A program made the translations under genes and the position numbers. Of a stretch of DNA of 20,494 bases, positions 10,547 through 19,368 are shown one piece after another (position 1 is the first letter of the stretch; each line of letters starts with the position of its first letter). Origin of the DNA: Octopus sinensis (taxonomy: Eukaryota); NCBI RefSeq assembly GCF_006345805.1, contig NW_021823879.1, positions 1 to 20,494 on the forward strand. Reading direction: 5' to 3'. Below the pieces are notes generated by a model that was not told where the DNA came from, searched no databases, and saw only the letters and a program-made list of their open reading frames with translations.

Positions 10547-11154
10547 GAAATAACATGGAGGAAAGCACCTTCGAAAAGTGTCTTGGTGCAACTATGAAAG
10601 GTATCTAATCAGAGGCGGTAAATTCGCCACAATAGAAGCAAGGTTCGAGTCAACGGAGCGTGCAAGGGAGTACTCGACTCGAACTTGCAAAGTGGAAATA
10701 TTTTATTTTTACTTTTATATCTGGGACGTAGGACGTCCCGCAAAAAAAAAAATTTTAATGCCCCCCACCCCGAAGTAGAGGTAGGCTGGATTATAGCCAC
10801 ACTTCTATAGAAGAGGGAAGTCTAGATACAATTGATCGAAATTACAAGAGACGGGCTAACAATTCCAGTCTGTTATATATTTTGAGTATTATTATCACTA
10901 GCGATATCAAGATATAACTTTGTATTTTGTATTTTATGTGTAGATGTATATATATAGATGTACATGTAATATGTACACATATATATATACACATATATAC
11001 ATGCACTAGCACTATGACCCGGCAACGACGGGTCTTTAATGCTAGTATATATATACAAATTATAAAAATATTTTAAAAATATACAGTGCAGTACTGTTTC
11101 ACCTATCGCGGAGTGTTTGGGAACGTAACACCCGCCATAGCAGAGGGATTACTG

Positions 11155-11259
11155 TATGTATTATATATATTATATATATATATATATATATTAGTATATA
11201 TATATATTACATACACATATATATACATATATATATTTAGATATATATATTATATATAT

Positions 11260-11290
<31 letters not shown>

Positions 11291-11309
11291 GTATATATGT
11301 GGTATATAT

Positions 11310-11340
<31 letters not shown>
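11155..11340. repeat. (TA)n microsatellite
   Basis: Directly visible. Confidence 0.95.
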
Positions 11341-11341
<1 letters not shown>

Positions 11342-11520
11342 GTTCAAATTTATAGAAAAGCAAAAGACGAAGACAGGTAAGGAAAGAACAAGCAGGTGTA
11401 ATGTTTGGTGCTCGGGGAGAATGGAAACATCTTTGACGTTTCGAGCCTACGCTCTTTGACAGAAATGCATGAAAGGAAACGAAGAGGGAACGAGTAAACG
11501 GACAGATGAGAAAATGTGTA
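11339..11520 (-). mobile_element. Short Penelope-like terminal-repeat fragment (copy B) with a degenerate hammerhead-like motif
   Basis: Paralogue of 64-235. Minus strand 11465-11431 reads TTT-CTGTCAA-A-GAGC-GTAG-GCTC-GAAAC-GTC-AAAG. Confidence 0.55.
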
Positions 11521-11725
11521 TGGATTAACTGTTTAAAGAGGAGATTAAAAAAATAGAAAATGACGAAGTTATTAACGTACGAAATTCAAAAATTCCAGAA
11601 ACTTCGAGATGTGGTAGATTAGTGTGATAAACATCAACGAAAGATATAGAAAGATCCATGGTGGTAGAGTCCGAAGAAGAACAAAGATCCGATGATAATC
11701 CGGGTGGAGTAATGGTTAGGTGGAT

Positions 11726-11975
11726 GAAGCACGTGGCTTAGTGGTTAGGGTGTTGCACTCGTGATCGTACGATTGTTGTTTCGATTCTTAAGCTGCACCT
11801 GGCGATGGGTTGTTTCCGAGTAAAGAACCTTATTTCACGCTGTCCCATTCCCCTCAGCCGGTAAACATAGTCACTATCGCTACGGACCGGTGTCCCTTCC
11901 AGAGGGAAATGTATACGTCACAGAATCCAGGAAGCAGACCTTGTGAGCCAGTGGCAACGGAAGGAACCTTTGATT
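11726..11975 (+). mobile_element. tRNA-derived SINE family 3, diverged
   Basis: A-box TGGCTTAGTGG (11734-11744) and B-box-like GTTTCGATTC at tRNA-like spacing, followed by a SINE-length body. Confidence 0.65.
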
Positions 11976-12012
11976 CTCTCCCCACCCACCTTTTGATATA
12001 TATATTTTGCAG

Positions 12013-12105
12013 ATCTATCTATCTACCTACCTATCTATCTATCTATCTATATCTATCTATCTATCTATATTTATTCATCTATCTATCTGTCTGTCTATCT
12101 ATCTA

Positions 12106-12176
<71 letters not shown>

Positions 12177-12211
12177 GGCTATGTATCTATCTATATCTAT
12201 CAATCAGTCTG

Positions 12212-12308
<97 letters not shown>

Positions 12309-12355
12309 TTGTCTATCTATCTATCTATTTGTCTGTCTATCTATCTATTTATCTA

Positions 12356-12395
<40 letters not shown>

Positions 12396-12470
12396 TCTAT
12401 CTATCGGTTTATGTCAGTCTGTCTATCTATGTGTGTGTGTGTGTGTCTGTGTGTGTGTGTGCGTACGCGC
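12013..12470. repeat. (TCTA)n/(TCTG)n tetranucleotide array ending in (TG)n
   Basis: Directly visible; a shorter TCTA array lies at 12690-12775. Confidence 0.95.
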
Positions 12471-12779
12471 GTGCAATTTGATATGGCCTGACACAGTTGG
12501 TGTCTTTGAGAAATGAAGTCGAGGTGAGTGACTTAGCAGCGTTACACAAAAGTTAATTCTAGGACGTACATAATACCATCTCCATGGTAACAACAACAGT
12601 CATCTTGTTTGTAAAATACACAACTTAAAGTAGAAAGAAGTGAGGCAAATTCACATAGTAATTATAAAATAATTTATCTTTCCGTATATCTCTCTGTCTG
12701 TCTATCGATCTATGTATCTCTCTATCTATCTATCTATGTATCTCTCTATCTCTCTATCTATCTATCTATCTATCGTTTT

Positions 12780-13144
12780 TTTCGATTGATCGTTTTTTTT
12801 TCCTCTTCCCCTTTTTCCCCCCTTTTTTCTTCTTTTTTTCATCTCTCTTTTCTTTTGTTCCTTTTCCTTTTTTTTGTTCCTTTTTTTCCCTTTTACGATC
12901 CCTTTTGATAGAAAACCTACGTCACCTTTTTTTTTGTTTCTTTTGTTTTTTGTTTTTTGTTTTTTTCATCCCCCAAAAGAAAAGCTCTACCTTGTAACTT
13001 GTCCCATCTGTGTGCAGCCCTATGTGGCCAATAAAGAAACTTATCTATCTATCTATCTATCAGTCAATCTTTTATCAGTCTGTTTTGCCTCTTTCCCCCT
13101 CTCTCTCAACATTCACAACCACACACATACATATGTGTGCGTGC

Positions 13145-13185
<41 letters not shown>

Positions 13186-13288
13186 AATATATATATATAT
13201 GGTGTGTGCGTGTGTATACCTATCTGTATATATGTAAGTGGGTGTCTGTCTCTCTTTTCCATGTCTTTTATTATTTCATTTTCCTGTC

Positions 13289-13324
<36 letters not shown>

Positions 13325-13580
13325 GCTCTCTCTCCTCTCTCTCTCTCTCTCTCTTTCTCTTGTTTTTTGCTTTTCTTTTCACTATGTTTTCATACATTCA
13401 TTCTCTCTCTTCAGAACCTTTTTCTCTCTCTCACCTTTTCTCTCATTTTGAATTCCGTTTCTGTCTTACTCTCTCTCTGACATTCTTCTTCATCTCTCTC
13501 GTCTCTCTGTCTCTCTCTCTCTCTCTCTCAGTTCTTCCTCTCTTTGTGATTTCTTCTCCTTCTCTCCTTTTCTCTCAACG
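12780..13580. repeat. T-rich, (TG)n and (CT)n low-complexity tracts
   Basis: Directly visible; the 261-aa ORF at 12874 is a compositional artefact. Confidence 0.9.
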
Positions 13581-14211
13581 CTTTTTTCCTGTTTTAATTA
13601 ATTTGTTTAGTTCAAACGGAAAATTACTGATACGCTTCGTTGAAATGCAAGTTAGCTAGGCACGGATGGCTGGTCCAAGCTCGGTAGAATACACTCAATA
13701 CCCCCAACCTCCAACATCACTGGATTTTTGAAACGGAAATGAATAAATTTGTGAAGTGTTTTATTGTTTCAGAGAAATGGAGTGTAGTTATGTTAGCGGC
13801 TTTTCAGACTTCCCTCAATCATTCCTATGTATTCTTTTGTAATGATATCGTTCATTACTACTATTAATTGAATTAGCCGAATGAATTAGTGTTTACTTAT
13901 AACTGATGTATTTGAGAGGGCATAATCCTTTATTTTTGCATATGTACCATTTATTAACCTTCATTAGAATTAATAACTCATTTAGATAAGATTTTCTTAA
14001 TTTTGGATCTGCAATTGTATCTGACCTTGATTGAGTAATGATTGAACAACCTCTGATACATGTTGTTCAATAGCAAGAATATATCAATGAGGAATAATAA
14101 ATTGTTTGGTAGATTGGCTTAGGCATTTAGAGAGAAGAGTGAAATAAACCATGTAACGCTGTTGCACCTTTTCTTATTGTTACTTTTAATGGTTTGTGAT
14201 CAAAATGGATC

Positions 14212-14475
14212 AAGGCAAAGTCGACCTCGGCGGAATTTGAACTCAGGACATAAAGACAGGCGAAATACCGCTCGACATTTCGCACGCCGGACGAAATGCT
14301 TAGCGGTATTTCGTCTGCCGCTACGTTCTGAGTTCAAATTCCGCCGAGGTCGACTTTACCTTTCACCCTTTTGGTGTCGATAAATTAAGTACCAGTCGCG
14401 TACTGGGGTCGATCTAATCGACTGGTCCCTTCCCCAAAAATGTCAGGCCTTATAACTATAGTAGAAATGATTATT
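14212..14475. mobile_element. Head-to-head pair of family-2 SINEs (minus copy 14212-14285, plus copy 14286-14475) inserted in the PLE
   Basis: B-box GAGTTCAAATTCC; central cctttcaccctttt..gtcgataaattaagtaccag resembles the Deu/Nin SINE domain. Arms 14212-14272 and 14302-14362 match at 54 of 61 positions as an inverted repeat. Confidence 0.88.
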
Positions 14476-14578
14476 TAGTTAGGACGTTATTGTAATAAGG
14501 GGCAGCTTTATCGAAGATTCCTTTACGTGACGATGGGCTAGGTATTTGCTTATATTATTAATTAAATTTTTGAAAGCG

Positions 14579-14703
14579 ATTATGGTTTATTCCTAATTAT
14601 GGTTTATTCCAAATTATGAGTTATTCCTAATTATGGTTTGCTCCTAATTATGGTTTATTCCTAATTATGGGTTATTCCTAATTATGGGTTATCCCTAATT
14701 ATG
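14579..14703. repeat. 17-bp minisatellite, about 7.3 units (ATTATGGTTTATTCCTA)
   Basis: Units start at 14579, 14596, 14613, 14630, 14647, 14664, 14681 and (partial) 14698, with 0-2 substitutions each. Confidence 0.97.
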
Positions 14704-16171
14704 TTCACGTACATATCCTTTGATTTATTATATGCTTTATATATATTTGTCCATAAATTTATCATTTCATCTAAAGGATTAACAACGTTCATACACGTGG
14801 ATATTGGAATTCTTAAGCCGAGACACAGAAATATGTGATTTAACCGTTTCTCTATTAATCTAACCTTTTTTGTCGCTAGAGTGGTGCGAAGCGCTAGCCC
14901 GTCGTCTCTATGTAAGCCTACCGTGATTTCCTACATTTAAGTGTTATCAAACGCATGCATACAAATGTCCTATTCTGCAGAACATTTTGATCAAGGCGAA
15001 TTTTTTTTTACAAATAGTTGTGTTCTTGTGACATATATGGTTATTCGGACGCCATTATCGTCTATAGTAGAATATTTCTTCAGAAATATTAAGACACTGT
15101 CGAATAACCTCCAGTACCTCTTATATTCTGATCAAACTCAACAATATTGAATTACTTTTGTTTTCTGATACCTTTGAACCAATAGACCTCAATTGCATCG
15201 CTATTATTCCGTTAATGGTTTTTCGGTATTTTTCTGATATTGGCAATTATATTATTTAAAATGTGGTCACTAATTAATCCGATTCCACTCATCACTTGAT
15301 TAATTAATTAATTTTCAACTTCTATCGGAATAAGAATTCTCTTTATGATCTTTTAACATAACATAAGCTTCTCGCTTTGCTAAACAATCAATGTTTTTCC
15401 GTCCTATTTTCGCAAGACAGTCCATGGTCACGTACTTTTTCCTATTACTATCCTTGCTTATTTGTTTCTTCGTTATATATAATTTTCCAGTTCTCCTCCC
15501 AACACGTCTCTATTTACCGGCCGGTCTAGAGACCTCATTTGGTCTTCTTATTCTACTTATTTCATTATATTTTTTCTTCAGTTCGTATTCGCCATTCATG
15601 TCCGCTTATTTCTATCCCAGTAGCTTAGTTCCTGTTACCACCAAATTGTAGCATATTATCGTAAGTGCCGAAATTCTAGTGGCATTTGGTCAATAACCGA
15701 TGAGGGGTGAGCATGTCGGTGTCATTTATGTGCGTGTTTCCTGTTACTCTTTATGTTCCTTTGTATTGTGTCCCTTTGCCAGATTTCTATAATCTAATTT
15801 TGTTACCATTCCTTTTGGCTTCTACGCTGATATCGCCACACTAGTGAGAAGTGGCTTTGCTATAGTTTTAAGCGCGTCGATGGCGTTATACAATTCGTTT
15901 TAGTTTTTAGTTTTATCAGAACATGTAAATATTTTACTCGATTCCTTAACATTTTTCCTGTCAGAGTTTGTTTTCGGCTTGGGAATATTATGGCGCTTCC
16001 AAAATTTGATTTTACTTATAATTCTCAATAACCAGGAATTTTAAATGATCAAGATAATACGCTATGGCTAAATAAATAATTTGTGGGGGTTGGTAAGCTA
16101 CTTTTGTAAATTTGGGGGCAAAATAAGTTTTCTTCCACGTTCACTTGGAAAAATCTATTATTCTAAATATT

Positions 16172-16404
16172 TATTTCTTTACTACCCACAAGGGGCTAAA
16201 CACAGAGGGGACAAACAAGGACAGACAAACGGATTAAGTCGTTTTACATCGAGCCCAGGGCGTAACTGGTACTTAATTTATCGACCTCGAAAGGATGAAA
16301 GGCAAAGTCGACCTCGGCGGAATTTGAACTCAGAACGTAACGGCAGACGAAATACGGCTACGCATTTCGCCCGGCGCGCTAACGTTTCTACCAACTCGCC
16401 GCCT
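16172..16404 (-). mobile_element. Full-length family-2 SINE with an 18-bp target-site duplication
   Basis: TCTATTATTCTAAATATT at 16154-16171 and 16405-16422; A-box-like and B-box (GAGTTCAAATTCC) motifs on the minus strand. Confidence 0.92.
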
Positions 16405-16773
16405 TCTATTATTCTAAATATTAAGCGTTTCATAAGGCGGTGAAGTGGCAGAATCGCTAACACTCCAGACAAAATGAGTTCTATGTAATCGACTAGACCC
16501 CTCCCCACAAAAGTTAAGGCCTTCTTCTTAAAGTAGAAAGGATTATTATTTCGGCGGTGAAGGCAACGAACTGGCAAAATCGTTAACATGCTGGACAAAA
16601 TGCTTCGCCGCCTTTCGCTCAATCTTAATGTTCTGAGTTCAAATTCCGCCCAGGTTGACTTTGCCTTCCATCCTCCCCTCCCAGAGTCGATGAAACAAGT
16701 ACCAGTTGAGCACTGGGATTGTTGAAATCGGTTTGACCCATCCCCTCGCCAAATTTCAGGCCTTGTGCCAATA

Positions 16774-17031
16774 CATTACATTTTTTTACATTTGACGGAC
16801 ATTTGTCCTCATCTTGTTTGTTGGTAACACAACATTTCGGCTGGTATATTCTCCAGCTTTCATCAGGTGTCTTGGGGGAATTTCGAAACTGGGTTCTCAT
16901 TCCTAAGGTATTTTTCGATGAAGGCTGGAGGGTATATCAACCGAAACGTTGTGTTAACAACAAACAAGATGAGGACAAATATCCGTCGGATGTAAATAAT
17001 GTACGTAATTCCTCATCTCTTAAATATAGAA
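16774..17031. mobile_element. 258-bp Penelope-type insertion with inverted arms carrying hammerhead motifs, flanked by a 12-bp TSD
   Basis: CTTGTGCCAATA at 16762-16773 and 17032-17043. Arms about 16785-16864 (minus) and 16917-16996 (plus) differ at about 10 of 80 positions. Confidence 0.8.
16827..16870 (-). ncRNA. Minimal type-I hammerhead ribozyme-like motif (degenerate)
   Basis: ACAC-CTGATGA-AA-GCTGG-AGAATATA-CCAGC-C-GAAA-TG-TT-GTGT: stem I ACAC/GTGT, intact CUGAUGA and GAAA, 5-bp stem II, loopless stem III. Confidence 0.6.
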
Positions 17032-17759
17032 CTTGTGCCAATATTAGGAAGGATTATTAATTAGGCAGGGAGATGGCGAAATCATCAGTGCACCGGATGA
17101 AATATTTAGCGGCATTTCGGTCCGCACTTTATGATCTGAGTTCAAATTCCGCTGAGGTCAATTTTACCTTTTATCATTTCAAGGTTGATGAAACAAGTGC
17201 CAGTTATATACACGGGTCGATGATTTCGACTAATCGCCTTCACTCAAAATTGTAAGGCTTCTGAGTAAATCAAAAAACCATTATTATTATTGAAAATAAT
17301 TCTACCAAAGAGACTGAGGAGAAGTAAAATATGCAAAAAAAAAAATAATAATAATAATAATGAAAGCAAAATAAAATTAAAACAATAACGTGTTTTTTTG
17401 TATGTGTTGCGGGTGAAGGGGTGGGTGGGGTTCCTTTCGCTTTGATTTTTTTTTTTTATTGAATTGTTTACCGGCATTGATCACGAGTTCGCTTCGTGTA
17501 GGCAGCATTCGTTCGTCGTTTCCGGTCGACAGCTGAATACAGGTGCTTAATGGATGGACTTCACCAGAAGCGGGGTGGGGTGGATGGGGGGAGGGTTTAC
17601 TACGCCGAATACAAACAAAACGTTAAAAAGAAGAAACAACAACAAACAAAAGTATAAAACAAATAGGGGGGAGGGCAAAAAAGAAGCAACAGAAAATAAT
17701 GAAAGCAAAACAATAAAAATACAAGAATCGGGTTTTGGGTAGATTTCAGTCAAAAATGC

Positions 17760-17839
17760 AAACATATACTGGTGTGTAGAATATGTAGAATATACATACA
17801 CACAAACACACACACATACACACACACACATACACACAC

Positions 17840-17879
<40 letters not shown>

Positions 17880-18246
17880 ATACACAAATACATGCATAAG
17901 TGTGTGTGTATATATATATATGTATACACGCACAAACATAAATATATAATATGTATTTTTTATTTGGAGTTTTGTTGTTGTTGTTGTTGTTGTTACTATT
18001 ATTATTATTATTATTATCATTATTATTATTATTGCTGTTATTTATTGGGTTTTTGTGTGTGTGTGTTTTGGGCTTTTTCCTCCCCGCGCGCTGCCCCCCC
18101 CCCCCCTCCCCTCTTTTAAATCAAAGATATTCTGGCAAGAAATTCTGTGGCAGTTGATAAAAAAAAACACCGAAATAATAACAAACAGAGCACCAACACT
18201 ACAAGAACTGAGACCACACCTGCTGCTGCTTTACCCATTTGTGTGC

Positions 18247-18303
<57 letters not shown>

Positions 18304-18556
18304 ATATATATATATATCTATATGTGTATGTATGCATATACATGTATATATATATGTATATATATTATATAATATATATAATATATATATATATATAACC
18401 ATATATATATATATTCTATATGTCTATATGCATATACATGTATATATATATATATATATATACACAAAGAAAGAGAGATGTATGTATATATGTTCACATT
18501 TGTGTATATATAAATGCATACACACATATATACATACACACATATATACATACACA

Positions 18557-18613
<57 letters not shown>

Positions 18614-18830
18614 GCACTTTATATACATATATGCATACATGCATCCATGGGTATATATATATATATGTATATATATGTGCATGTATATTTATGCGTATGT
18701 GTGTGTATATATATATATGTATATATATATATATACTGATGCATATATTTATATTTACCTATAGCTATACATAATACACGCGCGTACATACATACATTTA
18801 CATACATATACACACAGACATACGTACGGC
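17760..18830. repeat. Compound (CA)/(TA)/(TTG)/(TTA) microsatellite field
   Basis: Directly visible, with short unique islands at about 18030-18240. Confidence 0.93.
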
Positions 18831-19312
18831 ATATGAATATAGCACACATGTTGGCGTGTGTGCGCGCAGGAGAGCGGTGAGTTTGCGTGCGCGTGTGTAA
18901 GTGTGTTTTGCGATTTAGTTTAGCGTAATGTATTTACAGAGTGGAATGAAGAGGAGGGGGAAGAGGAGGAGGCCTTTCTTGTAAATGTATCTCTTACGTG
19001 AATGAAAACATGGCGTAAAGATAACAATACTTGCTACAGAGCAGATTGTTGATCTCGTCAAAAGCAAAAAGAGATAATAATAATAATAATAATAATAATG
19101 ATAATAATAAACGAAAAAAGGGAATAAAAGAATTATTGTTTAGCATCAAGAGGTAATGATTAGATGAGAAGCTCTTAAGTATTTGGTTAATGCATCTTAA
19201 TTTAAAAACTGTTTCCTTTCCTATTTGCGGTTTCAAATCTAGCTGAAGTAAATTTTTATATATTTATTATTATTACTATTATTATTATTATTATTGTTTT
19301 TTTTTGTAACCC

Positions 19313-19368
19313 TTACACCTGGTATTTGCTCTGTCGGATCTCTTTTGCCGAACCGCTAGCTTACCGGA
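19313..19368 (-). mobile_element. Short diverged internal fragment of SINE family 1
   Basis: Reverse complement tgtgtttgcgtcc..tagcggttcggcaaaagagatccgacagag matches 8000-8050. Confidence 0.7.

Larger units (their letters stand above)
8371..11045 (+). mobile_element. Non-autonomous Helitron-like element with internal cargo
   Basis: 5' A|TCTTTATATATATAAAA followed by (TGTC)n, CCTAAAACT and AATTTCATTCAAATTTT, resembling 5' ends of non-autonomous animal Helitrons. 3' hairpin GACCCG-gcaacga-CGGGTC (11016-11034) ends 11 nt before the CTAG|T terminus. Inserted between A and T with no TSD. No Rep/helicase ORF. Confidence 0.7.
8284..11154 (-). mobile_element. pogo/Tigger-like MITE split into two halves (8284-8370 and 11046-11154) by the Helitron insertion
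   Basis: Right end reads GAGGGATTACTG followed by TA (reverse complement TA|CAGTAATCCCTC, a Tigger-like terminus). The motif TCACCTAYCGCGG occurs in both halves (8296-8308 and 11099-11111). The left outer terminus is missing. Confidence 0.6.
13590..16160 (-). mobile_element. Decayed Penelope-like retroelement (RT plus C-terminal GIY-YIG endonuclease)
   Basis: Manual minus-strand translation across stops and frameshifts gives, in order: LLRIISKIKF; SDKTKN; YSKA..DISVEAK; IDCLAKREAYVMLKDHKEN (from 15392); GLISDHILNNIIANIRK..WFKGI..FNIVEFD; VGLHRDDGLA (14921-14892, catalytic DD); VNPLD; YKAYNK..MYVN; IFDKAAPYYNNVL; KKRCNSVTWF..LFNHYSIKVRYNC; CKNKGLCPL (13940-13914); YIG (13831-13823). Confidence 0.88.
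16434..17290 (+). mobile_element. Tandem cluster of three plus-strand family-2 SINEs: 16434-16550 (internally deleted), 16560-16773 with tail 17044-17058, and 17063-17290
   Basis: Each starts aggc..gaa/gag.tggc..aatc; the latter two contain tctgagttcaaattccg; all end in agg.tt...attatta-like tails. Confidence 0.85.

Noticed and set aside
16785-16996. A/G-rich mismatches between the inverted arms as an ADAR footprint
   Set aside because: The changes run in both directions and cannot be polarised without a family consensus; ordinary transition bias suffices.
18855-18885. Possible microexon cag|GAGAGCG|gtgagt
   Set aside because: No polypyrimidine tract, and it is embedded in (TG/CG) repeats; cannot be supported without RNA data.
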